In this document: piece by piece, positions 10,380 through 20,889 of the stretch | Layout of the letters: each line of letters starts with the position of its first letter | Numbering within the stretch: position 1 is the first letter of the stretch | NCBI GenBank assembly: GCA_951812955.1 | Contig: OX638340.1 | Coordinates: 2,176,001-2,240,000, forward strand | Origin: an uncultured Gemmatimonadota bacterium | Lineage (GTDB): Bacteria > JAAXHH01 | DNA: 64,000 bases | Reading direction: 5' to 3' | Notes under the pieces: generated by a model | What the model saw: the letters and a program-made list of their open reading frames with translations, nothing else | Databases searched by the model: none | What the model was told of the DNA's origin: nothing | Translations under genes and position numbers: made by a program

Positions 10380-10838
10380 ATGGTCGAGACCACTCCCATA
10401 ACCATACGGGAAATGGATCGAGGGCATGTCCCTCAGGTCCTGGAAATCGAACAGGCCTCGTATCCGGCACCCTGGTCCGAATCCGCTTTCATCAATGAAA
10501 TGACATCGGGGGCTTCCGTCGCCATAGTCGCTCTCGCCGGGGAGTCCGTGGCAGGTTTCGCAGTAGGGTGGACCGTAGCCGACCAGTTGCACATCGCCAA
10601 CATCGCTGTGGCAGCCTGCCATCGTCGCCGGGGCGTTGGAACCGGGATGATGGTCTGGCTCTTGAAGGAGGCCGGACGGAGGGGGTGCATTTCCTCCAGC
10701 CTGGAAGTACGCGAGTCGAACCAGGCGGCCCGCTCGATGTACAGGCAACTGGGATATCGTTCGGTTGCCGTGAGAAAGACCTACTATTCGGATCCTCGAG
10801 AAGACGCCATTGTCATGGTGAAGGATCTGGAAGAATAG
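10380..10838 (+). CDS. rimI: Ribosomal-protein-alanine N-acetyltransferase RimI (GNAT)
   Basis: 152 aa. GNAT motifs (IAVAACHRRRGVGTGMM). Conserved tsaB-rimI adjacency. Confidence 0.8.
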   Translation: MVETTPITIREMDRGHVPQVLEIEQASYPAPWSESAFINEMTSGASVAIVALAGESVAGFAVGWTVADQLHIANIAVAACHRRRGVGTGMMVWLLKEAGRRGCISSSLEVRESNQAARSMYRQLGYRSVAVRKTYYSDPREDAIVMVKDLEE

Positions 10839-10975
10839 GGTTTTCTACGGCGCGGCAGGGGCGCTACAGGGGGGAACTATCGAGGAGTAACCAGAGCGCG
10901 GCCGGAGCGCAGCTGGAGCGCTACAGGGGCACTGCCGAGGGAGTTACCACAGCGCTACAAGGGTGCTAATGGGTC

Positions 10976-12208
10976 CTACCGAAAGGTATTGACGCCACCC
11001 GTCACCAGTTTCTCGAGCACGATAGACGCGGTGCGACCGACCTGTTCCGTGGAAGCGCGGTCTCGGAAGACGCGGTGGCCGCCTTCGGCGATTTTACGCT
11101 GCAGTTCGCGGTCTCCATGCAGCCGGCGGATGGCGCCGGCGAGCGCTTCCGGATCTCCGCGCCTGCACAGCAGAGCGCTTTCCCCGTCGGCCAACAGCTC
11201 CCGGATGGCCGGGGAGTCCGCGGTGATGACCGCTTTACCCGCCGAAAGCGCCACAAACACTTTGCCCGGTATCACTCGGGCCGCTTTGCCGGACGTGCCG
11301 AATATCCCCAGACATACGCCCTTTCCCTGCAGGAACCGATGGACTCGCTCGTAGGGTATCCAATCGGTGAAGCGTACGTTTTCCAGGTTCAGTCTCCGAG
11401 CGGTCTCGTGGATTTCGTCCGTCAGTTGACCCGTCCCAACGAAATGGAAGACGATATCCGGCATGTCCTTCAGGCGATTCGCCGCTTCCATCATGAACGG
11501 CAAGCCGTGAAGCGGGATGAACTTGCCGACGAACAGGACCCGGAACGGCGTGTCCCCGGAGCGATCCGGTCCGCTCAAATCCTCCGGCGCAACCGGTCCG
11601 CTCAGACCCTTCGACACGTTCTGTCCGCACAGACCCTCCGGCGCAACCGGCTCCACTGCGCCGACGAAGACACGGGAAAACCGGTCGCGCGGCAGATTGA
11701 ATGTATCCACGAAATAGTCGATGTGGGCGTCCGTATCCAGAAGCACGAGGTCCGCCTTCGCGCAGGTCTGCCGGTCCAGCCAGCGCAGGAAACGGCTCGT
11801 CAGCGTGCCTTCCGCAATGGACCGGCGGTCGTCGACCAGGGTGTCGTAAAGAGAGACCAGCGGACTGAATACGAGGGGCCGCCGCGGAAACCGGGTGAGC
11901 AGCCATGCCAGCGGCATATCGAAATGGCCGATGTATCCGACCAGCATGACATCGTAGCGACCGACCGTGAAGAGGTACTTGAGCAACAGGCGGAGATAGG
12001 CCAGCTTCAGCTCGATGGCGCGCAAGACAAGCGAGAACGGGGCCAGGTACCTGCCGGTTTTGTCGCGTTCCTTCTCCCATAGGGGCACGTGGCACTCCAG
12101 CACCCGCCAGCCGGCTCGCGCAAGGCCATCGACGAGCGTTCGGTTACGCGGATAATCGCGTTCGTAAGTGCCAAAGAAGCAGATGCGACCATGTTGGGCG
12201 CGTGCCAT
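10976..12208 (-). CDS. Glycosyltransferase family 4 (GT-B, group 1)
   Basis: C-terminal E-x7-E-like region, GT1-type motifs, VFALSAGKAVITAD. Probable start MARAQHGRICFFG at 12208. Carries an internal short-repeat insertion (GPVAPEDLSGPDRSG). Confidence 0.7.
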   Translation of the reverse strand: MARAQHGRICFFGTYERDYPRNRTLVDGLARAGWRVLECHVPLWEKERDKTGRYLAPFSLVLRAIELKLAYLRLLLKYLFTVGRYDVMLVGYIGHFDMPLAWLLTRFPRRPLVFSPLVSLYDTLVDDRRSIAEGTLTSRFLRWLDRQTCAKADLVLLDTDAHIDYFVDTFNLPRDRFSRVFVGAVEPVAPEGLCGQNVSKGLSGPVAPEDLSGPDRSGDTPFRVLFVGKFIPLHGLPFMMEAANRLKDMPDIVFHFVGTGQLTDEIHETARRLNLENVRFTDWIPYERVHRFLQGKGVCLGIFGTSGKAARVIPGKVFVALSAGKAVITADSPAIRELLADGESALLCRRGDPEALAGAIRRLHGDRELQRKIAEGGHRVFRDRASTEQVGRTASIVLEKLVTGGVNTFR

Positions 12209-12212
12209 GGTA

Positions 12213-13181
12213 TCATCCCAGCCGTTCCCGGACGGCGTAGTCTTCCGTGCGCCGGGCCTGGTGGGCAATCATTTCCGCGATCAGCCCCATGGATACGAGC
12301 TGAATGCCGAGGACCATGAGGAGTACGGAGAACAGCAACAGGGGACGGGTTCCGATGCCGACTCCACTCAACCAGAGCCAGGACAGGTAGAGCGCGATGG
12401 CGAATCCGGCGCCGAAAGACAGCAGGCCGAATGAGCCGAAGAGATGCAGAGGGCGCCGGGTGTAATTGGAAACGAAATACACGGTCAGCAGGTCGAAGAA
12501 CCCGTGGGTGAACCGCCCCAGTCCGAACTTGGTGTGCCCGTGCTTCCTTGGGTGATGCAGTACCTGCGTTTCCGTCACGCGGAAACCGGCCCAGTGCGCC
12601 AGCACCGGCAGATAACGGTGGAGTTCCCCGTAGACGGGAATGGTTTCCACCACTTCACGGTTGTAGGCTTTCAGCCCGCAGTTGAAATCGTGCAGTCGCA
12701 GGCCGCTGACGATACCCGTTACCCAGTTGAACAGCTTCGAGGGGATTCGCTTGGACAGGGGATCCTTCCGGGTTTTCTTCCAGCCGGAGACCAGGTCGAA
12801 GCCCTCGCTCAGCAGGTCGACCATGCCGGGCGCTTCCGCGGGATCGTCCTGCAGGTCGGCGTCCATCGTCACGACGACATCGCCGTGGCTCGCTTCGAAG
12901 CCGACGGCCAGCGCCGCGGACTTTCCATAGTTGCGGCGGAACCGGATAGCCCGGATCCGATCATCATGCTCCCTGAGCCCGCGTATCGTCCCGAAGGACT
13001 CATCACGGCTGCCGTCGTCGATATAGATCACCTCGAAGGACTTTCCCGACGCCTCGAGGGCCGCGACAATACGTTCATGGAGTTCCGGCAGGCTCTCTGC
13101 CTCGTTGAACAGGGGAACGACGACGGATATGTCCACCTTTTCCTCCCTATCATCCGTTTTTTTCGGGTCGTCAAGCGGCAT
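12213..13181 (-). CDS. GT2 polyprenyl-phosphate glycosyltransferase (Dpm1/ArnC/GtrB-like) with a C-terminal membrane anchor
   Basis: VVVPLFNE, YIDDGSRD and DADLQDDP (DxD) motifs. Two C-terminal TM helices. Confidence 0.8.
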   Translation of the reverse strand: MPLDDPKKTDDREEKVDISVVVPLFNEAESLPELHERIVAALEASGKSFEVIYIDDGSRDESFGTIRGLREHDDRIRAIRFRRNYGKSAALAVGFEASHGDVVVTMDADLQDDPAEAPGMVDLLSEGFDLVSGWKKTRKDPLSKRIPSKLFNWVTGIVSGLRLHDFNCGLKAYNREVVETIPVYGELHRYLPVLAHWAGFRVTETQVLHHPRKHGHTKFGLGRFTHGFFDLLTVYFVSNYTRRPLHLFGSFGLLSFGAGFAIALYLSWLWLSGVGIGTRPLLLFSVLLMVLGIQLVSMGLIAEMIAHQARRTEDYAVRERLG

Positions 13182-14298
13182 CAGTACTTTCCCCTATTGA
13201 ACGCTGGATCACCCGCAGCGTCTGCCGAGCCGTGTTTTCCCAGGTGTAACGCCTGCTCCTCTCCAGGGCGTTCCCAGCGAGCCGTTCACGCTCTTCCTGG
13301 TCACGCAGCAGGCCGATCAACGCGCGTGCCATGGCCTTCCGGTCACCGAGGGGGACCAGCACGCCCGTTTCACCGTCGACCACGGCGTCGCGGAGTCCGG
13401 GCACCCGGGTAGCCACGACCGGTACACCGCAGGCATTGGCCTCGATCACGGTAATGCCCCATCCTTCCTTGCTCGAGGGATAGGCCGCTACTTCGGCGCG
13501 GGTCAGCATGCGCACTTTTTCTTCCTCGGAAACGTAACCCGTGAAATGCACCACATCACCCAGGCCCATGGATTGGGCCAACGATTCAAGCGCGCGCCGC
13601 CTGTCGCCCCCGCCCACGATCATCAGGCGCGCATCGGGGATCTTTTCGCGAACGATTGCCATGGCCTGGATCAGGTGGTCCACGTTCTTGTACTTCTTCA
13701 GACGGCCGAGGTAGATTACCAGCCCGGAATCCTTGCCGTCCGGCGCGGCCGGCGCATCGATGATCCCGGCGTCGAGCCCGTTGTGTACGACGCTGATCCG
13801 GTCCGCCGCGACCCCCATCCGGACGAGTTCGTCCCGGGTGCTTTCCGATACCACTTCAAAGAGACAATGCCGGTATACCCGCGGAATCAACCGTTCCATG
13901 AAGTACAGGCAGGTCGCGAGCACCGGGTTGATTTCCCGGTAGAACGTGGTCCCGAAAAGATGGTGCAGCAGGACCATCACCGGGGGGGCGTTCAGAAACC
14001 AGGGCAGCAGGGCGGGTATCTTGTTGATGTCTTCGATGACGACGTCGAAGGGCCGGTGGGAAAGGCGCCTGCGATAGTGCCACGGGACGGTCAGGTTGAA
14101 CGTCCATTTCCCGCCGAGACGGATGACTTCGATCCCGTCTACTTGCTCGGATTCTGTGGCGCCGGGGAACCTGCTACAGAGCAGGGTGACCTGGTGTCCC
14201 CATTCCGCGATCCGTGAGAAAGTCTCGTGCAGGTGCACTTCGGCGCCGCCCGCTTCCGGGTTGCGGATATCCCTCCAGTTAATGACCAGAATGCGCAT
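13171..14298 (-). CDS. Glycosyltransferase family 4 (GT-B)
   Basis: EGWGITVIEANACGVPVVAT GT1 motif. Probable start MRILVINW at 14298. Confidence 0.75.
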   Translation of the reverse strand: MRILVINWRDIRNPEAGGAEVHLHETFSRIAEWGHQVTLLCSRFPGATESEQVDGIEVIRLGGKWTFNLTVPWHYRRRLSHRPFDVVIEDINKIPALLPWFLNAPPVMVLLHHLFGTTFYREINPVLATCLYFMERLIPRVYRHCLFEVVSESTRDELVRMGVAADRISVVHNGLDAGIIDAPAAPDGKDSGLVIYLGRLKKYKNVDHLIQAMAIVREKIPDARLMIVGGGDRRRALESLAQSMGLGDVVHFTGYVSEEEKVRMLTRAEVAAYPSSKEGWGITVIEANACGVPVVATRVPGLRDAVVDGETGVLVPLGDRKAMARALIGLLRDQEERERLAGNALERSRRYTWENTARQTLRVIQRSIGESTDAA

Positions 14299-14317
14299 TT
14301 GCCCGAACCCGGCGCGC

Positions 14318-17050
14318 CTAGGGACCGCCTGTGTCGCCGGTATCCTGACCGCCTGCGTCGCCGACCTCGCCAAGATCATCGATCATCGCCTGTACGACCG
14401 AATCTTCCGGTGCGATCCGCAGCCACCTTTCGAGGGTCTCCAGCATGCGTGCCGTATCCTGCTGCAGGTAGTAGAGGTTCACCAATTGGTCGTATCCCGC
14501 GGTGTATTCCGGGAATGCCGCCACGCCTCGTTCGAGCAAGGCTGTGGCCTCATCGATCCGGCCCTGTTTTCTCATGGCTTGTGCAAGCGCCGTATACCCG
14601 TCGAAGGTCTTGTATGCGCCGGCCAGCTCGAAAGCATGGGGTTCGACATCCGCAAACACGCCCTTGTCTGCATAAAACTGGATGAGCATCAGTCGTTCCA
14701 GCACCCCGTTGCTGATGTCGTATTCCAGGTACTTCTCGATGGCGGCGATGGCCTGGTCGATTTCACCCCTTCTCCAGCGATTGAGCGCCAGTTGATGGAA
14801 GGATACGGTGTAATTCCGCAGGAGGGTGCGAATCTGCCTGTCCTTGTATACCTCCGGGTCCGCAATGCCGCGATACCGGTAGACGTTCCATAGATTGTGC
14901 TCTGTCCTGTCGAGGTCCATGAGTTCCGGGTTGGGGTCTCGGACGACCTGCCACACCATGCCTTCCAGCTGCAGGTATTCGTCCAGGCCCACGTCGTTCT
15001 CCGGCGAAACGGTTACGGCGAAATAGACGGGCCTGGTCCAGTTGTTCTGTTCCAGGATGTGCAAGATCATCAGATCCTGCACCCTCAGGTATCCGATGTC
15101 CTCCCCAAGCGTACCGGCCCTCGGCACGGTCCACGTGAGCCCGGCGATCTCGACCTCCCTGTCGTCCCAGCCCTGGACGTTCAAGGACTCGATGGTCTCA
15201 TCGGGCAGCGCGATCGGCACCCGGGGCTCCTGGTACTTCAACTGCTTGATGTACCAGTCGGTATTGAGCAGGCTGAGATTGATCACCCGCACATCCTTGC
15301 GTATGCCTTCCACTTCCTGCAGGAACCAGAGGGTGAAGGTGTCGTTGTCGCCGTTGGTGAAGATGAGGCCGTTCTCTTCGCACGACTGCAGTATGTTGTA
15401 CGCGTAGTCGTACGGGATATAGTTGCCTTCGCGCGAGTGGGACTCGTAATGATAGGTGAAAGGTACGAGCGGAAGGGCGAGCGACAGCATGGCGATTCCC
15501 GCGGTTCCTTTTTCCACGGGCAACCGTAAGCGTTCCAGCCACATCGCTATTTGTCCCAACAGCGACCGGACGCCGATTCCCATTAGTATCGCGGTATAGA
15601 CGAAGGCCGGCGTATAGAAATAATCCCGGATGCGCACCTCGCGCTGTATGCCCTGGCTGCCGTCGGAAAAATTCATGTACAGGATGAGTCCGATACTGCA
15701 GGTGAGCAGCATCCCACCCAGGAACAGGATGCTTCTCCGGTCACGCTCCGCCTGGGTGAGGATTCCCAGGGCGACCAGCAGGACGGGGAGTAGCCAGTAG
15801 GGGAAGCCGGGATCGTTGAACTGCCGGGAAAAGAAACGCCAGAACCCCATGTTTTCGCCATCGCCGAACTGGGACGACCAGCTTCCTTTGCGATTGAACA
15901 TCGATTCGAGCATGCTTTCCTGTCCGTATTGCTTACGCTCCAGGAATCCCTCGAAATTCTTCCAGTTCGACGGGTCATTCTCGTTGATGACCGGCTGTTG
16001 CGCCGCCCGGATCGGCACGTAGAAGTTCACGGAGTATCCCAGCACGGCCATGCAGAGCACGATGAGCCAGAAAGGCCACTTGTACCGGCCAGGATCATCA
16101 GCCGTCGCGGAGACCAGCGCGAGAGCCAGGCTCACCAGCGCCACGCTGAACATGACCGTTCCCCAGGTGGCCTCGAATCCGCCGATACCAAGCAGCGGAA
16201 GTCCGTTGTATGAGCCTATTTCATCCAATCCGAATAACATCACGGCGACGGACAGGACGAATGCCAGCGCCGGGTAGCCCCAGGGCAGCCGTCCCCTGAA
16301 TAGAACCAGACCGGCGGCTGCGAGGGGGACCGCGAGGAAAAACACGTCGATGGAGGCCACGACACTGAACAGGATAAGGCCCATGACCGCGCCCAGCAGA
16401 ATCAGCTTCCTGTTCGACCAGATCAACCTGTCCGTACAGATCACGCTCAGAAAAGCGGCGGGCAGGACGAGCATGGTGAACATGTGCACCGCTATGCCGA
16501 GAAAAGCAAGGTAAGCGACCAGGAAGAGATACCGCTCGCTGCCGTCCTTATCGTGGTTTTCGATCCAGTGCAGGATCAGCCAGGTGCAAACCATCATGAA
16601 CAGCATGGAGAGCGCGTAGACCTCGGCTTCGACCGCGTTGAACCAGAAGGTATCGGAGAAAGCAAGCAGGAGCGCGCCGGTCAGTGCGCTGCAGCAAACG
16701 ACCAGGCTTTCATATAGGGTCAGTCCATTCCGTTCCCGGTTGAGCGTAACCGCCTTTACGATGACCAGGTAAACGGCCGACACAGTCAGCGCGCTGAAAA
16801 GGCACGAAGAGAAATTCACCAGCCAGGCGATGCCCAAGCCCAGGTCGGGCAGCAAGGTGAACAGGCGACCGATCAGGATGTAGAGCGGGGATCCGGGAGG
16901 ATGGGGTATGCCGAGGGTATAGGATGCTGCAATGAATTCACCCCCGTCCCAGAAAGGCACGGTTGGCGCGATGGTCTTGGTGTATACGGCCAGCGACACG
17001 ATGAAGGCGGCCGCCATGCCGATCATGGACACAACGCGATATGCGGACAT
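14318..17050 (-). CDS. DUF2723-family integral membrane GT-C-like glycosyltransferase (TMEM260/PMT-like) with C-terminal TPR repeats
   Basis: 910 aa. About 11-13 predicted TM helices. First-loop motif PTVPFWDGGEF (a GT-C DE-type motif). TPR repeats in the last approx. 250 aa. Confidence 0.7.
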   Translation of the reverse strand: MSAYRVVSMIGMAAAFIVSLAVYTKTIAPTVPFWDGGEFIAASYTLGIPHPPGSPLYILIGRLFTLLPDLGLGIAWLVNFSSCLFSALTVSAVYLVIVKAVTLNRERNGLTLYESLVVCCSALTGALLLAFSDTFWFNAVEAEVYALSMLFMMVCTWLILHWIENHDKDGSERYLFLVAYLAFLGIAVHMFTMLVLPAAFLSVICTDRLIWSNRKLILLGAVMGLILFSVVASIDVFFLAVPLAAAGLVLFRGRLPWGYPALAFVLSVAVMLFGLDEIGSYNGLPLLGIGGFEATWGTVMFSVALVSLALALVSATADDPGRYKWPFWLIVLCMAVLGYSVNFYVPIRAAQQPVINENDPSNWKNFEGFLERKQYGQESMLESMFNRKGSWSSQFGDGENMGFWRFFSRQFNDPGFPYWLLPVLLVALGILTQAERDRRSILFLGGMLLTCSIGLILYMNFSDGSQGIQREVRIRDYFYTPAFVYTAILMGIGVRSLLGQIAMWLERLRLPVEKGTAGIAMLSLALPLVPFTYHYESHSREGNYIPYDYAYNILQSCEENGLIFTNGDNDTFTLWFLQEVEGIRKDVRVINLSLLNTDWYIKQLKYQEPRVPIALPDETIESLNVQGWDDREVEIAGLTWTVPRAGTLGEDIGYLRVQDLMILHILEQNNWTRPVYFAVTVSPENDVGLDEYLQLEGMVWQVVRDPNPELMDLDRTEHNLWNVYRYRGIADPEVYKDRQIRTLLRNYTVSFHQLALNRWRRGEIDQAIAAIEKYLEYDISNGVLERLMLIQFYADKGVFADVEPHAFELAGAYKTFDGYTALAQAMRKQGRIDEATALLERGVAAFPEYTAGYDQLVNLYYLQQDTARMLETLERWLRIAPEDSVVQAMIDDLGEVGDAGGQDTGDTGGP

Positions 17051-17121
17051 GTTCAGCTATTCCCCTTGAGGTCTTTTATACGTCGGGACGTCACGATGTC
17101 GGCAGGCGAAGGATCCGGGAT

Positions 17122-17859
17122 TCACCGGCCGTATTCGAGCCGGTCAGCGAGCATTTCCGGCAGGCCGGCGTCTCGTATCTTCCGCTGCGCGGTTTCAAGG
17201 TCGTAGGCAACGCGCTTTATCTCGGCCCTTTTTTCCGCAGTGTCGTATATGCAGTAAGCCGCGCGGGGATCCCCGTCCCGCGGCTGGCCGACACTGCCCA
17301 CGTTCACGATGTATCTGCATTCCGAATCCATCCCGACCTCCGTCGCCGCGATCTGCCGGCTTCGGTCCGCCGTTGTCCGCTTTTCGAATATCCCCGGCGT
17401 GTGCGTATGACCCACTACGCAAAGCGCAATATCGCCGGGCATCGCATCGAATGCTTCATCCGTCAGCCAATGCGAAGTCAGGTATATCCAGTCCTCCGGG
17501 TTGGCCGGACTAGCGTGAACGGCGAAAAGATCGTCCTTCCGCCAAGTGTAGGGCAGTGTGCCCAGGTAGCGCCGGCCGGCGGGCGTAAGCTGCCGCCGCG
17601 TCCACAGAGCCGCCTCCGCGGCGTAGCGATTGAAAGTAGCGATATCCAGTCTGCCGATCGCGGCATGATCGTGATTGCCGGCGATCACGTCAGACGTCAG
17701 CCCGATAATGCGGTCGAGACACTCGTTTGGATTGGCTCCGTACCCGACCACATCGCCCAGACAGAGGTACCGGTCGATGCGTTCATCGGCAAGGGCTTCG
17801 AGTACGGCATCCAGCGCTTCCAGGTTTCCATGTGTGTCGGACAGCATGCCGTATCTCAC
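17122..17859 (-). CDS. Metallophosphoesterase (calcineurin-like; YfcE/MJ0936 type)
   Basis: Motifs MLSDTHGN, GDVVGYG, GNHD and VVGHTHT. Confidence 0.75.
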   Translation of the reverse strand: MRYGMLSDTHGNLEALDAVLEALADERIDRYLCLGDVVGYGANPNECLDRIIGLTSDVIAGNHDHAAIGRLDIATFNRYAAEAALWTRRQLTPAGRRYLGTLPYTWRKDDLFAVHASPANPEDWIYLTSHWLTDEAFDAMPGDIALCVVGHTHTPGIFEKRTTADRSRQIAATEVGMDSECRYIVNVGSVGQPRDGDPRAAYCIYDTAEKRAEIKRVAYDLETAQRKIRDAGLPEMLADRLEYGR

Positions 17860-17908
17860 TGTTCGGATTCATTCCCTGTGTATGCGCGGGTATACCGATC
17901 GGGCAGGA

Positions 17909-18343
17909 TCAGGTTTGGTCCGTCTCCACCAGATGCTTCGCGGCCACTGCGTCCAGGACGCCATTTACGAACCCGCCGGACTGTTCCGTGCTGTACTTCT
18001 TGGCCAGTTCGATCGCTTCGTTGATGGAAACCGCCGTCGGTATATCGAGAAAGGCGATGAGTTCGCAGGCGCCCAGCCGGAGGATGCAGTCGTCGATGCG
18101 GGCCACGCGGTCCCGGTCCCAGTGCCGCACCACCGCGTTGATGTGACTGTTCACGGTCTCTTCATGCTGGCGGAGCCGATCGATCAGCGTTTCGGCGAAA
18201 CGCCGGGTGTTGCGTGACGCCAGGGACCACCCGGGCAGCCTTGGAAGGGCCTTGCCGGGGTCGTCTCCGGTCTGTTCGGCGAGGTAAAGCGTCTGAAGCG
18301 CCAGTTCACGGCCCAGGCGGCGCTCTCCCGCGCGTGCATTCAC
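17909..18343 (-). CDS. nusB: Transcription antitermination factor NusB
   Basis: [13 protein letters not shown]...NGVLDAVA is the NusB fold. Probable GTG start at 18343 immediately after the ribH stop. The upstream ORF extension is Arg-rich read-through. Confidence 0.7.
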   Translation of the reverse strand: MNARAGERRLGRELALQTLYLAEQTGDDPGKALPRLPGWSLASRNTRRFAETLIDRLRQHEETVNSHINAVVRHWDRDRVARIDDCILRLGACELIAFLDIPTAVSINEAIELAKKYSTEQSGGFVNGVLDAVAAKHLVETDQT

Positions 18344-18882
18344 TCCCGTTCCCTCGTTCCGTCCTGCCTGTCCTGCCCGTTCGTTCCGTCCTGCCCTCCC
18401 GGTGCGCGCTGCCCGTCTAGCCTGCGCATCAAGTCCGCCATTTCCAGCGCGGCCAGGGCGGCGTCCCAACCCCTGTTGCCGGCCTTCGTACCTGCGCGTT
18501 CGATGGCCTGTTCGAGGTTTTCTGTGGTCAGCACGCCGAAGATCACCGGCACCCCGGTATCCCTGGCGGCAGCGGCAATGCCCTTCGCCGATTCCCCGGC
18601 CACGTAATCGAAATGGGGAGTCGCGCCGCGGATGACGCATCCCAGGCAGATCACGGCGTCATAGATGCCGCTTGCCGCCATCTTCCGGGCCGCCAGCGGG
18701 ATCTCGAAGGCGCCGGGCACCCAGACCACGTCGATCCGGTCTTCATCCACTCCATGGCGGCGCAGTCCATCCAGCGCGCCCTTCAGCAGGGACTCGCTGA
18801 TAAACCCGTTGAAGCGGCCGGCCACGATACCGTACCGGTCGCCACTCCCGTTGACCAGGCTGCCTTCGATGGTTTTCGTCAC
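18340..18882 (-). CDS. ribH: 6,7-dimethyl-8-ribityllumazine synthase with a repeat-encoded Gly/Gln/Asp-rich C-terminal tail
   Basis: [12 protein letters not shown]...WVPGAFEIP is canonical RibH. The last approx. 25 aa are encoded by the (gttccgtcctgcc)n repeat at 18345-18420. Confidence 0.85.
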   Translation of the reverse strand: MTKTIEGSLVNGSGDRYGIVAGRFNGFISESLLKGALDGLRRHGVDEDRIDVVWVPGAFEIPLAARKMAASGIYDAVICLGCVIRGATPHFDYVAGESAKGIAAAARDTGVPVIFGVLTTENLEQAIERAGTKAGNRGWDAALAALEMADLMRRLDGQRAPGGQDGTNGQDRQDGTRERE

Positions 18883-18900
18883 GAACTCGCTCCTTGCGGA

Positions 18901-20160
18901 TCACAGCAGGCTGTCGAAACTGATTTCGTCCGGCGGCTCGTCGAGATCCAACAGGTGGCCGAGTTTGCCGCGCTTGGTCTTGAGATAACCCACGTTGTAC
19001 CGGTTCGGCGACGTCTGCAGCGGGACGCGTTCGGTCACTTCGAGACCGTACCCCTCGATCCCTATCCGCTTCGACGGATTGTTGGTCATGATCCGGATCG
19101 TGGTCAAGCCCAGGTCCGCCAGAATCTGGGAACCGATCCCGTAGTCGCGGGCGTCCACGGGAAGCCCCAGCGCCTGATTTGCTTCCACCGTATCATGGCC
19201 CTGGTCCTGCAGGGCGTAGGCCCTGAGCTTGTTGGCCAATCCGATGCCCCGTCCTTCCTGGCGCATGTACAGCAACACGCCGCTCCCCTCGTCGCTGATG
19301 CGCTTGAGCGCCTGCTGCAACTGGTCGCCGCAGTCGCATCGCATGGACCCGAATACGTCTCCCGTGAGACATTGTGAGTGCACGCGGACGAGCACGTTCC
19401 GCTCGCCGTCCACGTTGCCCTTGACCAGGGCGACGTGGTGGTCGCCGGTCAGGTCGTCTTCGTACAGGTGGGAGTCGAATTCCCCGTACTTGCTGGGGAT
19501 GGTCGTCGTGACCACCCGCTTGACGAGTTTCTCGCTGGCCCGGCGATACTCGATAAGGTCCTTGATGGTGATGATCTTCAGGTCATGATCTTTCGCGATC
19601 TCCACAAGCCGGGGCAGACGGGCCATGGCCCCATCGTCGTCCATGATCTCGCAGAGCACGCCGGCGGGGTAGAGACCGGCCAGCTTCACCAGGTCGACGG
19701 TGGCCTCCGTGTGTCCGGCTCGCCGCAACACGCCGCCGTCGAAGGCCTGCAGCGGAAAGATATGGCCCGGACGGGCAAGGTCCTCGGGCCTGCTGCCCGG
19801 ACGGACGAATACCTGTACCGTCTCGGCGCGGTCCGCCGCGGATATGCCCGACGTCGTGCCGTTTACGGCATCGACGGATACGGTGAAGCGCGTGCCCAGC
19901 AAGGCCGTGTTGACCTCTTCGCCGACCATGGCAGGCACCTTCAGCTCTTCCAGGCGTTCGCGCGAGGTCGGAAGGCAGATCAGTCCACGACCATACCGGG
20001 CCATGAAGTTAATGGCCGCCGGAGTCGTTCTTTCGGCGGCCATGATAAAATCGCCTTCATTTTCGCGATCTTCGTCGTCGATGACTATAAGTATGCGCCC
20101 GGCCTTGATCTCTTCGATGGCTTCGGGGATGGTACTAAAGGGGGACGGCATGGAGTTCAA
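18901..20160 (-). CDS. ribBA: Bifunctional 3,4-dihydroxy-2-butanone-4-phosphate synthase / GTP cyclohydrolase II
   Basis: 419 aa with a DHBP synthase N-terminal half (RENEGD) and a GTP cyclohydrolase II C-terminal half (CxCG...C zinc motif). Confidence 0.85.
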   Translation of the reverse strand: MNSMPSPFSTIPEAIEEIKAGRILIVIDDEDRENEGDFIMAAERTTPAAINFMARYGRGLICLPTSRERLEELKVPAMVGEEVNTALLGTRFTVSVDAVNGTTSGISAADRAETVQVFVRPGSRPEDLARPGHIFPLQAFDGGVLRRAGHTEATVDLVKLAGLYPAGVLCEIMDDDGAMARLPRLVEIAKDHDLKIITIKDLIEYRRASEKLVKRVVTTTIPSKYGEFDSHLYEDDLTGDHHVALVKGNVDGERNVLVRVHSQCLTGDVFGSMRCDCGDQLQQALKRISDEGSGVLLYMRQEGRGIGLANKLRAYALQDQGHDTVEANQALGLPVDARDYGIGSQILADLGLTTIRIMTNNPSKRIGIEGYGLEVTERVPLQTSPNRYNVGYLKTKRGKLGHLLDLDEPPDEISFDSLL

Positions 20161-20229
20161 TCGTGTTTTCGGTTACCCGGACAGCGTGCGTCCCGGTCTG
20201 TATTCGAGCCGCCGCCAGGCTTTACCGAC

Positions 20230-20889
20230 CTACATTTTTTCTCTCAACCAGGCTTCGGTGATGGGTGAGACATCCTGGTCACCGCCGGGATGAGCATTCC
20301 GGCCGGTATGCATAAGGGACGCGACGTAACGGCCGATCATGTCCACTTCTATGTTGATCTCGTCACCGATCTGCCTGCTTCCGAACGTCGTAATCGACGC
20401 GGTATGAGGTATGATCGATACGGCTGCCAAATTACCCGCCAGACCGGCGATTGTCAAGCTAATTCCATCCAGCGCGATGGACCCTTTCTCGATGACGAAG
20501 GGCGTCAGATCGTCCGATATTTCCACCTCGTACCACAGGCTGTTGCCCTGTTCTTCCCGCGCTGCGATCCGCCCCACGCCGTCCACGTGGCCCTGCACCA
20601 GGTGGCCGTCTATCCTGTCCGATAGGCGCATCGGCCGCTCCAGGTTCACCCTGTGCCCGACCTGGAGATTCTCGAAGGTCGTCCGGGAAACCGTCTCGGG
20701 TACGATTTCCACGGAAAACGCCTCGTCGCCGTAATCCACAATGGTCAGGCAGACCCCGTTGACTGCGACGCTGGCGCCCTGCACCAGGTCCGGTGCCATG
20801 GACGGCGCCTCCACCGTCAGTTTCAGGCCGTCCCGGCCACCGTCGAGGGCCTGGATCAGACCCGTGGTTTCAACGATTCCCGTGAACAT
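20230..20889 (-). CDS. ribE: Riboflavin synthase alpha subunit
   Basis: MFTGIV start and duplicated lumazine-binding halves (VNGVCLTI / LDGISLTI). Confidence 0.85.
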   Translation of the reverse strand: MFTGIVETTGLIQALDGGRDGLKLTVEAPSMAPDLVQGASVAVNGVCLTIVDYGDEAFSVEIVPETVSRTTFENLQVGHRVNLERPMRLSDRIDGHLVQGHVDGVGRIAAREEQGNSLWYEVEISDDLTPFVIEKGSIALDGISLTIAGLAGNLAAVSIIPHTASITTFGSRQIGDEINIEVDMIGRYVASLMHTGRNAHPGGDQDVSPITEAWLREKM

